A stretch of DNA of 64,000 bases. It comes from Octopus sinensis (Eukaryota). Of this stretch, positions 53,363-62,528 are shown in pieces. Within the stretch, counting starts at the first letter, position 1; each line of letters starts with the position of its first letter. Both the position numbers and the translations under genes were made by a program. Location: assembly GCF_006345805.1 (NCBI RefSeq), contig NC_043009.1, forward strand, positions 16,802,001 through 16,866,000, read 5' to 3'. The notes beneath the pieces are model-generated. The model saw only the letters and a list, made by a program, of their open reading frames with translations, had not been told where the DNA came from and searched no databases.

Positions 53363-54744
53363 AACAGGCATGGCTGCATGGGAAGAAGCTTGCTTCCCAA
53401 CCACATGGTTCCAGGTTCAGTTCATCTGCATGGCACCTTGGGCAAGTGTTTTCTACTATATCCTCAGGCTGACCAAAGTCTTGTGAGTGGATTTGGTAGA
53501 CAGAAACTGAAAGAAGCCCGTTATATATGTGTGTGTGTCTGAAGCATATTTGAAGCATTTCTCATGCAGGAAGTTGTTGAGATGCTTGAAAAAATGGTAA
53601 GTGGTCGGCACTCCTTTATGCAGCTGTCCTCATTCATATGCGTCACGTGTCCAAACCAACGCAGTCTTGTCTCTTGCCTGCTACATTAGGTTCCCCTTAT
53701 GCCCAACTTTTCTCTCAATACATTTTCACTTTGCCGTACATGTGCACTGATGTTGCTCATCCAATGAGGTATACTGCCTTTGTTTCTCTCCAGTCTACAC
53801 ATGTCCTCTGCATTCAGAGCCCGTGTATCACTACCATGGAGTATAGCTGGTCATACAGAAGCATCTTATAGTCTACCTTTCACTCTGAGAGAGAGTCCTT
53901 TTGTTGCCAACTGAGGTTATAGCTCTCTGAACTTCCTCTTATAGTAGAAACAATACTTTCAGAGCATCCTCCACCATTGCTAATTTGGTCACCTAGGTAA
54001 CAGAATCTATCTACAACCTTAAGAGAGCTTCCTGGGCATTTGAGAGAATCTAAGTCCCATGTGGCCTTAGTTACATTGTTTCTGCACATCTGCCACATAC
54101 AAAGACTACTTTTTCTATTATATATATATATGCGTGTGTATATAGATACACACTCACACACATATATGTATGTATAAGTAGAGAGTAATGTAAAAACAAT
54201 ACAAAGGATATATTATAAATTAAGATTATTTATGAATATATCAATGGCCAAACATATTATCATAAAGTAAAAAGAAGAAAAACGTTTATAATTATGAACA
54301 AGTCACAATTATAACTAAGAAGGTTAAAAAAACCCTTACATGTTAAAAATAGCAACCAGAACTGCTATAAAGCCATTATATCACTCATATCATTTCTCTT
54401 CATGATAAAAACTGTCTTCGGGCATAGAATCCAGAACTCGAAAATGACAGGTTAATCCCCTATTGCAGTTTGCAGATGTATGTATATACATGTGTGTGTG
54501 TGTCTATATATATGTGTGTGTGTGTGTATATGTATGTATATATATGTGTGTGTGTGTGTGTTTGTATGTATATATGTGTGTGTGTATATATATATATGTA
54601 TATGTGTGTGTGTGTGTATATATATATGTATATGTGTGTGTATATATATGTATGTTTATGTGTGTATATATATATGTATATGTGTGTGTATATATGTATG
54701 TGTATGTGTGTGTATATATATATATGTATGTGTATGTGTGTATG

Positions 54745-54777
<33 letters not shown>

Positions 54778-56732
54778 ATTTATGTATATATGTATCTATA
54801 AATAAGATAGAATGGAATATTGATTTTTGTGTGTTTGAAATGACATGAAATAAAAAGTAAATGTTGCCTCAAATCTATTGGTTTATAATATTCACCTGTC
54901 TTGATCCAGTTCAATTGTCTTTTTTAAATGAATATGTTTAAAAGGAGTTATTTATACTTTACTATTATCCATATTAAACAGGAAACTATCTATAAGTGTC
55001 TCAAATTCAGAAAGTCTATTCAAATTTCATACTATAAGATTAAGTAATCAGCTAAATATTTTTGCACAAGTTTTTCATATACTTTTATCACAAAGTATTA
55101 ATAAATTTTTATATATTGGCTCTATCTTGGTTACCATTGCTGTTCCAAATTTTTGTCTGTATACTGTTTGGTCAAAATTTAAAATGTTTTACTAAATAGA
55201 TTGAAATTTTGCAATTATAAATTCTTTCCCTATTTTGTCTGATAAATCACGAGGAAATTAATTATACCAAAAACATATTGCTTCAGTTCCATACTCATGT
55301 AGTGTATATGTATTCAAGTTAACCACATCAAATGAAACCATTGAGGCTTCTTCATTTGCTATTGGAATGTAATTCAACATCATCTGCCTGGAATAATCAT
55401 AAGCATAGACAGACATATGGCTATTCAGTCTTGGACTGTGAACATGTTGGAGGAATTGCTTTCAGCTGATTGCATTGACCTCAGTATTTTCATAATCTAC
55501 TGTTTTGTTTATTGTTCTCTATTTTGCTTAACTGCCAAGTAATGGGACATAAAAGGATACAACATAAAGAACACTGGATTTTAAACTTGAGTAAACATGA
55601 ATACACACACACACATACACACACACTCACATGTACACAATGAGTCTGTAAACAGTTTCCATCCACCAAATCTCATTCATAAATGATTGGTCAACAAGAG
55701 GGTATAGTAAAAGACAGTTTCTCCAGGTGCCATTTGGTTGCAAAGCAAACATCTTAACTACACAGCCATTTCTGTTAAAACTGAATTTTTTTTTGTTTTT
55801 CTTAATTTCTTTTTGTATGATTTTTTTTTATCTCATTATGTTTGTTTTTTCTTCAAAGAAAAGCACCCTAGAACATATTACCGAATACCTAAAGCAAATA
55901 CATTGTGACCAGTCCAAGGAAGTTGGTTTAATAATTGATGGCAGCACTTTGTCTTTTGCGCTGGAGAAATCATGCCAAGAATGTTTCCTCAAGCTTGTGG
56001 TTTGCTGTAACTCTGTAGTTTGTTGTAGAGTGACGCCACTTCAAAAGGTAAATCATCTTTTAATTATGCCTTCTGTATTTGTGTGTGTTAGTAATGTTTT
56101 CATTTGTCGTATGAATGAGTGTGTGTGTGTAAAAGTTTATGCCTTTGATTGTGGATCTGTCCAATCAAGGTTGGTTGAACATAATAATGTCCTGAAAAAC
56201 TGTAGAATTAAAAATTTAATATATACTGAGATCTGTTGTGCAAATTCTAGAATTAACACCGGATACTATGATATAAATGAATGCAGCCTTCATTTGCTAT
56301 AGTTTTATAATGGTGATATTGTATATTACTTTATGACTAGCAGTATAGCCTGGCTTTGCTTGGGATTAAGTTAGGATTATTAAGCTAATCAAGCTCTTTA
56401 TTTCAAAGCAAACTAAGTAACGTCGACGTCAAATTTGTGTGAAATCCATTGAAATTGGTAAACTTTTGGCTGAAATTTTGCAGACAATTTGATTGGGAAA
56501 TCCCATAAGGAATCGGTTTATTGATGAACAGTTTCCAAACATTGTTTATAAAATAATAGCTGATCATTTGTGAAGGAGCATGTCTACAATCAACACGTAG
56601 GTCTTTTGCTCTGGTAACCTCTGCTCTCTCTCTCATGTTCACGCATAACCAGCTATATATCGCTATGAGTAGAACAACGGATTCAGCTAATTTGGAAATT
56701 AGCTGTGGAGAAACAGAGAATATTGTTTATAT

Positions 56733-56771
<39 letters not shown>

Positions 56772-57024
56772 GGGCAACACACACACATACACATTGCGGC
56801 ACTGTCATGCCTTTGGTTGTCAGAATTGAAAGTAATCAACTTCGTGTACTTCCGTCAGGTTTATACCTTCGTTAATTTACGCCGTTTATTTATGTACCAC
56901 CACGCTGTTAGGTTTATAAAACAATTGAAGTTCAGTTTAAAGTTTATAAATAAATACATTTCATGTGTAATGTATACACATGTGTATATATATATATATA
57001 TGTATACACACACACATATATATA

Positions 57025-57055
<31 letters not shown>

Positions 57056-57336
57056 CGGGCAACACACACACATACACATTGCGGCACTGTCATGCCTTTG
57101 GTTGTCAGAATTGAAAGTAATCAACTTCGTGTACTTCCGTCAGGTTTATACCTTCGTTAATTTACGCCGTTTATTTATGTACCACCACGCTGTTAGGTTT
57201 ATAAAACAATTGAAGTTCAGTTTAAAGTTTATAAATAAATACATTTCATGTGTAATGTATACACATGTGTATATATATATATGTATACACATGTGTATAT
57301 ATATATGTATACACATGTATATATATATATATGTAT

Positions 57337-57386
<50 letters not shown>

Positions 57387-59240
57387 GTGTATATATACAT
57401 GTGTATACATATATATATACACATGTGTATACATTACACATGAAATGTATTTATTTATAAAGTTTAAATTGAACTTCAATTGTTTTATAAACCTAACAGC
57501 GTGGTGGTACATAAATAAACGGCGTAAATTAACGAAGGTATAAACCTGACGGAAATACACGAAGTTGACTACTTTCACTTCTGACAACCAAAGGCATGAC
57601 AGTGCCAACGCATACATGCTCGTGTGTGTGTGTGTGTGTGACTGAAGCCATTCACACATACATGCATACATACATAACAACACCTGTCTGTTTGTTTTTG
57701 CCTGTCAATCACTCTCTAAAAAGATGAAATTTTAAAAATCTTTTATCTCTCTCTCTTTCTCTCTCCCTCTCCCTCCCTCTCTTTACACCGTCGCTAGAAA
57801 GTAAACAATGGTGGATTTCTCTGCCGTGAAAATTGTTAAGTTATGGTCAAAAATTTATTTTTACCGCTATTTGCTGGTGCCTCAGAGGAAAATAATTTAA
57901 CGAAAATACAGCTAAGGTCATGATGAATGTCCTCCTAAAATTGAAGTGACATGCATGCTAATTTGTGGACATGCATAAATTACATTCACGTATACACACA
58001 CATACTCACGCACTCACACACACACACACACACACACACAACACACACACACATCCTGCCTTTTATATATATATATACAGATAATACTTGACTATTATTA
58101 AATATTATATTTCAACAACAATGGATATTATTACATTGTGGCATTTTGAATATTACACTACAATGTCATTGGATACTACATTATGATATCGCATCACATA
58201 ACACTGGACTATCATTTCCTCACAGCATTTCATTATATGACATCACATGATTGGGTAATACTGTGTCACCTCATTAGGTATCTATCTGTGATAGCAATGT
58301 TTACCACTCCTCTAGTTGTAACTGGATACATCATGAAATGTTTAATCCTCTTATGACCAAATTTCTAATGGCATCATACAGAGCCGATTCTTACTTTGGT
58401 CTCACTGCTTTCATGGATTCCCATGACTCTCTGTCGCCATCCAATTCTCTTATGAATTTGAATTGGGACCTTGAGCCATAGTGAATCTTTCATTAGCTGA
58501 TCATGCAACCATGGATGCCACCCTTATGAATGCATTGCAATTACTCTCTTGATGGAGCTTGGTGATTCTCCTCACATCGATGTTGGCTCAGTTGAGCTTT
58601 TCTGCTACTAATTCACAATCCACCATGCTGCTATCCCCTGGCTTCCCCATATCCCTTGCAGAGTGGCTTAATAGGTGTATGCTCAGAAGGCAGCAAGCTG
58701 GCAGAAACGTTAGCACGCCAGGCGAAATGCTTAGCGGGATTTCATCTGCCATTACGTTGTGAGTTCAAATTCCGCCGAGGTCGACTTTGCCTGTCATCCT
58801 TTCGGGGTCGATAAATTAAGTACCAGTTACGCACTGGGGTCGATGTAATCGTCTTAATCCGTTTGTCTGTCCTTGTTTGTCCACTCTATGTTTAGCCCCT
58901 TGTGGGTAGTAAAGAAATAGGTATTATGTCTTGCCAAAGAGCATCCCATAACTATGCAGGGCATGGTTGTCACCCTGTGAAGTATTTTCAAAATGCCCAT
59001 ATACCCTGCACAGTACCTACACATCTTTTTTCATCCTTGACTTGTTTCAGTCATTTTACTGCAGCTATGCTGGGGCACCACCTTCACGGACTTAGTCGAA
59101 TGAATTGACCCTAGTGCTTATATTTTAAAGCCTAGTACTTATTCTATCAGTCTCTTTTGCTGAACCACTAAGTTATGGGGACATAAACACATCAACACTA
59201 GTTGTCAAGTGATGGTGGGGGAACAAACACAGACACAAAG

Positions 59241-59279
<39 letters not shown>

Positions 59280-59879
59280 CATACACAGTAGGTTTCTTTC
59301 AGTTTCTGTCTACCAAATCCACTGACACGGCTTTGGTCAGCTTGAGGCTATAGTAGAAGACACTTACCCACAGTATCACCCAGTGGGACTGAACCCTGAT
59401 TGAGAAGCATTCTTCTTACCACATAACCTCACCTGTGTCTATATATACCACATAACCACACCTGTGTCTATATATCCCTACTAATTTTGAAAATAATCAC
59501 CTGTTTGGAGAATATAAATAAAATAATCCACTTTTTCCCTAGTTAGCTAATGTTTCAAATGTAATTTAAGAAAAGGTTCTTACATAAAATTATGATGAGA
59601 AGTTTTCAATTAAATGTGAACTTTTTTAAAATGGAAGGTTTTTGTGTGATAGAATTAGATGCAGTTTCAAGAGGGTTAATGTCAAAGCATTAAAGAATGT
59701 ATTTCATTTTTTCTTTCTTAATTGAATGTTCTGATAATGTATCTAATATGTCTAGGGTGCAGTTGTGCGTGTTGTCAGAGACAACCTCAAGAAATTGACT
59801 CTTGCTGTTGGTAAGTAGTGTTTTTCTCTGATTCCAATTTTCACCTCTCTCTATCTTTCTAGCTGTCTCTCTGTTTGTC

Positions 59880-59923
<44 letters not shown>

Positions 59924-60465
59924 ACACATCTCCATCCACCCACTTTCACTCATCCAGCCACAAACCTACACCCTCCCTAATAACAACCAAAACAAGCCAA
60001 CATAGGAAACAATACTATACACAGTTGCTCACCCTGCTAAAAATAACAGCTAAATTTCCCTCAAATCACCCTACCACTTAAAAAAAAATGAGAAACACAT
60101 TTACTAATGTAATTCTAGAATACTCATCCTGAATACAAGACAAAGTGGTTACTGTTGAAAAACCTTTGATCATAATTCTAGTCAATCAGGACTGACCTGG
60201 AGTTAAACACCAACGACATAACCATGCTAACCAATATTCTATGTACTCTTCCTTCTGCACAGGTGATGGTGCCAATGATGTGAATATGATTCAAACTGCT
60301 GACATTGGTATTGGTATTTCTGGTCAAGAAGGCATGCAAGCAGTAATGTCATCAGACTTTTCTATTGCAAGGTTCCGATTTCTGAAACGTCTCCTCCTTG
60401 TCCATGGACATTGGTGCTATCATCGCTTTGCTCATTTCCTTTCTTTTATGTTCTATAAAAATCTG
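696..60465 (+). CDS. ATP10: ATP10-like (class V) P4-ATPase phospholipid flippase; partial, 17 internal exons, about 824 aa
   Basis: The 17 GT-AG exons join in frame with no stop. Motifs: [35 protein letters not shown] (ATP10-type), [92 protein letters not shown]. The P4-ATPase call is firm; the ATP10 subclass comes from motif recognition, and vertebrate A/B/D paralogues cannot be assigned. Confidence 0.95.
1568..2100 (-). mobile_element. RTE LINE 3' UTR/tail fragment with (GAT)n end and internal ~68-bp tandem units
   Basis: Begins catcatcgtttaacatccgctttccatgc; matches the 3' end of the RTE at 33950..34305 in reverse. Confidence 0.8.
2187..2416. mobile_element. foldback MITE-like element with ~77-bp inverted arms
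   Basis: 2187..2263 is the near-perfect reverse complement of 2339..2416 around a 75-bp spacer; abuts (TA)n. Confidence 0.8.
2699..2951 (-). mobile_element. RTE 3' tail copy (further copies at 21338..21500 +, 24985..25240 +, 39546..39745 -, 52473..52532 -, 61632..61688 +)
   Basis: Shared gagtggttggcattaggaagggcatccag...ccatgc(t)agcatggaaa...gatgatgat sequence; the shortest copies keep only the tail. Confidence 0.8.
3433..4000. repeat. compound (TA)n/(CA)n microsatellite arrays (others at 5828..6360, 54478..54800, 56990..57420, 62890..63010)
   Basis: Seen directly; these generate the Y/I/H/T/V/C/M low-complexity ORFs. Confidence 0.95.
4010..5115 (+). mobile_element. RTE-type LINE 5' region: GC-rich 5' UTR plus N-terminus of the APE endonuclease; 3'-truncated
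   Basis: Frame from 4801: [12 protein letters not shown]...[16 protein letters not shown]...LYHSG...LHGVAIVL...WQPISHRL, an apurinic-endonuclease N-terminus. Confidence 0.85.
5265..5800 (-). mobile_element. Penelope-like element GIY-YIG endonuclease remnant
   Basis: [10 protein letters not shown]...[17 protein letters not shown]...[24 protein letters not shown]...[11 protein letters not shown]...[14 protein letters not shown]. Confidence 0.8.
7245..7403 (-). mobile_element. tRNA-derived SINE head with CORE-like segment (heads also at 52707..52860 - and 53365..53522 +)
   Basis: B-box-like ggttcagt plus caccttgggcaagtg (similar to the MIR/CORE ccttgggcaagt). Identity with the octopus OR-type CORE-SINEs is inferred. 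Confidence 0.75.
8070..8560 (+). mobile_element. Penelope-like reverse transcriptase remnant
   Basis: [18 protein letters not shown]...CFIFWD...[17 protein letters not shown] resembles PLE RT motifs. Confidence 0.65.
8935..9826 (+). mobile_element. non-autonomous Helitron (892 bp)
   Basis: A|TC start, CTAG|T end, hairpin cccag-gaatta-ctggg (9799..9814) 8 nt before CTAG, no TSD. Confidence 0.75.
10684..12283 (-). mobile_element. non-autonomous Helitron (1.6 kb)
   Basis: On the minus strand: A|TCTCTATATAT start, (TGTC)n near the 5' end, 15-bp terminal hairpin (10683..10723), CTAG|T end. Confidence 0.75.
12989..13192. repeat. ~75-bp direct duplication (offset 129) bracketing an (ATT)n tract
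   Basis: ggggatggtcatattttgcc...ggtacagttttatttttatta at 12991 and 13120, one mismatch. Confidence 0.9.
13715..13797 (+). CDS. ATP10: flippase exon 2
   Basis: ttgcag|AGG...TTCAT|gtatgt; [27 protein letters not shown]; phase 0 in, phase 2 out. Confidence 0.9.
13851..16884 (+). mobile_element. Chapaev3-type (CMC superfamily) DNA transposon; decayed transposase at 14517..~16200
   Basis: CAC...GTG termini, TAA (TWA) direct repeat on both flanks, imperfect ~22-bp TIRs and subterminal gtgctgaatcc repeats. Protein remnants: [63 protein letters not shown]. The superfamily is assigned from termini and TSD; not database-checked. Confidence 0.82.
16289..16695 (-). mobile_element. non-autonomous Helitron (407 bp) nested in the Chapaev3 element
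   Basis: Minus strand A|TCTTTATATAT...gagcaacgctgggcgatactgCTAG|T. Confidence 0.75.
17133..17553 (-). mobile_element. full-length SINE: tRNA/CORE-like head, internal TA/TG microsatellite, ~200-bp tail (also 52225..52860, 59030..59435; partial 21755..21987, 63058..63260)
   Basis: The same head-microsatellite-tail order recurs in four copies; tail ends ggtgctccagcatgg...actgaaa. Confidence 0.8.
18993..19180 (-). repeat. Penelope-LTR-like repeat with a degenerate hammerhead motif (second copy 21569..21750)
   Basis: Two similar ~190-bp copies; minus strand gtgaaga-a-ggctg...cagct-gaaa. Confidence 0.65.
19330..20910 (+). pseudogene. piggyBac (PGBD4-like) transposase remnant with stops and frameshifts
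   Basis: [86 protein letters not shown] and a Cys-rich tail. Element ends not confidently located (TTAA|CCC at 18917 is a candidate). Confidence 0.9.
23158..23264 (+). CDS. ATP10: flippase exon 3
   Basis: ttgtag|C...GCAG|gtcagt; [36 protein letters not shown]; this frame is absent from the ORF track. Confidence 0.92.
24312..24950 (-). mobile_element. internally deleted Tc1/mariner (maT-like) element
   Basis: TA|CAGGGTG terminus at 24310; minus strand [28 protein letters not shown] and [18 protein letters not shown]...[12 protein letters not shown]. Confidence 0.75.
25828..25959 (+). CDS. ATP10: flippase exon 4 (into TM3)
   Basis: ttgtag|GT...GCTG|gtaagt; [44 protein letters not shown]. Confidence 0.95.
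30359..30489 (+). CDS. ATP10: flippase exon 5 (TM3-TM4 loop, start of TM4)
   Basis: ttccag|CT...TTCCAG|gtaatg; [43 protein letters not shown]. Confidence 0.88.
32305..34305 (+). mobile_element. 5'-truncated RTE LINE (RT, C-terminus, tandem-repeat 3' UTR, GAT tail)
   Basis: [77 protein letters not shown]; 3' end matches the dispersed tail repeats. Confidence 0.9.
34904..36120 (+). mobile_element. Tc1/mariner element (maT/DD37D-like); transposase remnant 35045..36045
   Basis: [48 protein letters not shown]; several frameshifts. The subfamily call is tentative. Confidence 0.88.
36809..37058 (+). CDS. ATP10: flippase exon 6 (TM4 and DKTGT phosphorylation site)
   Basis: ttccag|GCT...CCCA|gtaagt; [18 protein letters not shown]...[30 protein letters not shown]. 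Confidence 0.97.
37189..37256 (+). CDS. ATP10: flippase exon 7 (68 nt)
   Basis: tctcag|TT...TCA|gtaagt; [22 protein letters not shown]; required to bridge phase 1 to phase 0. Confidence 0.82.
37448..38465 (+). mobile_element. Helentron/HINE-like non-autonomous repeat with a partly duplicated internal junction
   Basis: Starts ttattacctctg, has (TTTG)n, ends ggtggaggtttgcgctctctgagtgctcttgtt; the gggatc...caaggattctgg segment occurs at both ~37600 and ~38265. Confidence 0.55.
38557..38733 (+). CDS. ATP10: flippase exon 8 (N-domain)
   Basis: tggcag|GTC...AAG|gtaaat; [10 protein letters not shown]...[23 protein letters not shown]. Confidence 0.92.
40600..40900 (-). mobile_element. RTE C-terminal remnant containing a perfect 34-bp tandem duplication (40663..40730)
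   Basis: Similar to 33320..33520 in reverse; unit ctttctgggtctccctcttgcaaaattccctcca twice. Confidence 0.65.
41047..41344 (+). CDS. ATP10: flippase exon 9
   Basis: ttaaag|TTG...CCAG|gtaaga; LNDAGFM...[36 protein letters not shown]. Confidence 0.92.
43591..43785 (+). mobile_element. RTE-1/BovB-like LINE C-terminal fragment
   Basis: [63 protein letters not shown]; only one (CpG-type) stop. Confidence 0.8.
44216..44434. mobile_element. piggyBac-type MITE (219 bp); decayed inverted copy at ~42445..42668
   Basis: TTAA|CCCTTTAGT...ACTAAAGGG|TTAA. Confidence 0.88.
45340..45554 (+). mobile_element. mariner-derived MITE (215 bp)
   Basis: TA TSD, ~24-bp TIR (caaggggttctgaaaagttcctg); retains the transposase end [24 protein letters not shown]. 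Confidence 0.85.
45790..45951 (+). CDS. ATP10: flippase exon 10
   Basis: ggttag|GT...TATG|gttagt; [54 protein letters not shown]. Confidence 0.93.
46424..46524 (+). CDS. ATP10: flippase exon 11
   Basis: tctcag|CT...CGG|gtaagt; [33 protein letters not shown]. Confidence 0.92.
47454..47580 (+). CDS. ATP10: flippase exon 12
   Basis: ttccag|GTT...CTAG|gtatgt; [14 protein letters not shown]...DIEKDFELL. Confidence 0.92.
48581..48684 (+). CDS. ATP10: flippase exon 13
   Basis: ttgcag|GT...CAG|gtttgt; [35 protein letters not shown]. Confidence 0.95.
49685..50877 (+). mobile_element. mariner (DD34D, irritans-like) decayed copy
   Basis: [61 protein letters not shown]; right TIR gaagttttcagccaaccttcata. 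Confidence 0.88.
51112..51332. mobile_element. piggyBac-type MITE (221 bp)
   Basis: TTAA TSD; 14-bp TIR ccctttcgttacca / tggtaatgaaaggg with one mismatch. Confidence 0.92.
52124..52204 (+). CDS. ATP10: flippase exon 14
   Basis: cttcag|GAA...ACG|gtatgt; [27 protein letters not shown]. Confidence 0.88.
53560..54085 (-). mobile_element. RTE LINE C-terminal fragment
   Basis: [25 protein letters not shown], same family as 32305..34305. Confidence 0.85.
55859..56047 (+). CDS. ATP10: flippase exon 15
   Basis: tcaaag|AAA...AAG|gtaaat; KSTLEH...[13 protein letters not shown]...[11 protein letters not shown]. Confidence 0.92.
56337..58081 (-). mobile_element. non-autonomous Helitron (1.75 kb) with a helicase remnant and internal direct and inverted duplications
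   Basis: Minus strand A|TC start and CTAG|T end; [22 protein letters not shown] at 56635..56730; ~220-bp unit at 56771, 57056 and inverted at 57421..57605. Confidence 0.78.
58689..58924 (+). mobile_element. young tRNA-derived SINE (older inverted copy at ~23300..23470)
   Basis: A-box-like tggcagaaacg, B-box gagttcaaattcc, central gaggtcgactttgcc...ggggtcgataaattaagtacc; CpGs largely retained. Confidence 0.85.
59756..59810 (+). CDS. ATP10: flippase exon 16 (55 nt)
   Basis: gtctag|GGT...GTTG|gtaagt; [18 protein letters not shown]. Confidence 0.9.
60263..60465 (+). CDS. ATP10: flippase exon 17 (GDGAND hinge to TM5)
   Basis: gcacag|GT...CTG|gtaaat; [33 protein letters not shown]...[24 protein letters not shown]. 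Confidence 0.97.
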
Positions 60466-61600
60466 GTAAATAAATTTTTTTTTTGTTTTACTCTTAAAAT
60501 TGTTTTCTTTTGCAAAAGATTAGACAACTTGTCCTTTGGTAAGATTTGTTACCTTTTGGATGATTGACAAAATTGAGATATTTATTTAAATAAAAATCTG
60601 TCATTCAGCATAATACAGTAGAAATTGTGATAAAATAAATACCTTTTTGCCACTCTGTAAAAATCATGTGACTTTCAAAGTGAAAATATTCTTTCATTAT
60701 AAAAAATCTATTACATTGAATATGGAGATTAATACATCTGCATGTTTTATATTTTTGCAGTCAATTATACAACATATTTGATTTAAATGTGTCCAACGCA
60801 TGTTTCTGTCGCATAGATATATCACAATTGCATTTGAACCCAGTGTCTTTTGACTGTTATTTGTCTATGCAACTTTATTCAAGGTCTGTGCACTGATGTG
60901 GTCTTAATTGAACTAAATGTCTGTAGATTTAGCTAGCATTATATTTGGCCTGTGACTATAGTTTTTGAGTGCAAAGAGTATGAGAGGAAGATTTGGAAAC
61001 CTGATATGACTATAAAAACTGCTATATGGTTGATCCTCTAACGACCCTAGGTTTTTTATTTTTTCAAATAAACAATACTAAACCTTAAATTAGGTCAGAG
61101 AATATTTTTTTAAACCACTGGCCTTAGTTGGATTACGAATTCTTTGTGGTTCAAAAAATATTCTTTTCTCACTGTAAACTTTCGCCTGCGGTATGTATAT
61201 TTGCCACACTCTCTCTGACTCTCTGTATATGTATATCACTCATGCTGCATGTATGTGTGTGTGTCAGTGTCTGGGCGCGTGTGTGTAAGGAATTTTATTA
61301 CGGTAAAAGAGTCCCCATCAGCAAGCTAAGAAAAATTTTTATACTTATGCACCAAATAGTAAAACAAAAACTTAGTTTATTGGTTCATTATAAATTGCCC
61401 CAAACAATGCAGAAATCTATCCTGATCAAGAGACCTATTTGTTAAAGTAGACATGGTCTCACATGGAACAAAAATCATTGAAATAAAAGCATTCAGCTAT
61501 GAAAATTGCCCCCAGCAACAACATGATACTTAGCTACTATATATGTTCCACGTCCTCTCGTTGTTGTGTTTTCTCTTTGTGTTTTCATGTTTGGATTAAC

Positions 61601-61632
<32 letters not shown>

Positions 61633-62213
61633 CCCATGCTAGCATGGAAAGCGGACGTTAAACGATGATGATGATGATGATGATGATATATATATATTTA
61701 TATATATATTTAAATAATGAGGGAGATAAATTAATATTAATTTTAATATCAATTTAAAACCAGTAGTCTAGCATACAAAAAATCTGAGAAATCAGAGAAA
61801 ATTCTAATATATGTGTATATTGGCAGGGCAATATATATACATACATACACACATACATACATATATATACATACATACATGTATATATATATATGTATGT
61901 ATGTATGTTCTGGTTTTGGTGTTGGCACTGGCCTCTCATTACATCATAACCATTGTCTTTTTTGTTTTCTGTTGTGATGCAAAATCCATTTTTCATTACC
62001 TGTAACAATGCACTGTAGAAATGACAGATTGTTATTCCTGTTAATAGAAGACTGCTGCAGATGGTGGAACATTGTGTTCAATTCTCAAGAATAAGCTCAT
62101 TGGAACCCAAATTCCCTCTTTGCATGCTTTCCCATTTTGCTCTTGAGATGTTCGTAGATAGTTGAATGTGACACAGAAAATCTCTGGTATTTTGATGTGG
62201 ATCCAATACAATA

Positions 62214-62528
62214 TTACGGAGATGTACCTGCATAGCAAGTGATTTGATCTGAGATCGTGTGCTGGAACGAAAACAATTGCAGCGTGGAAGGTGTTTGTAA
62301 GCCATTTAAGAAACACACAAAAGCCGTTTGATTCACTTCAACATTTAAGTTTAATTTGTCAAAATATTTTCGTCCCTATAAGGCCGCGACCTGTTCACTG
62401 CAGCACGGATTTTTGTCACTGAACAGGTCGCGGCCTTATAGCGACGAAAATATTTTGACAAATTAAACTTAAATGTTGAAGTGAATCGAACGGCTTTTGT
62501 GTGTTTCTTAATTGGCTTACAAACATCT
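62214..62528. mobile_element. Penelope pLTR-like insertion with an inverted duplication and a 12-bp TSD
   Basis: TCCAATACAATA at 62202..62213 and 62529..62540; 113-bp arms 62285..62397 and 62420..62532 with 4 mismatches and a 22-nt loop. Confidence 0.8.
62412..62462 (+). ncRNA. minimal type I hammerhead ribozyme-like motif (variant core)
   Basis: Stem I tttgtca/tgacaaa, core (c/g)tgaaca, extra g, stem II gtcgc/gcgac, GAAA, palindromic stem III aatatt, U17; folded by eye. Confidence 0.6.

Noticed and set aside
58689-58790. tRNA gene
   Set aside because: A- and B-box-like motifs are present, but there is no cloverleaf and the sequence continues into a dispersed repeat body; this is a SINE head.
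60761-60781. Candidate next flippase exon after tttttgcag
   Set aside because: The required phase 0 frame hits TGA after six codons. No FWYQF/GFS-like TM5-TM6 exon was found up to 64000.
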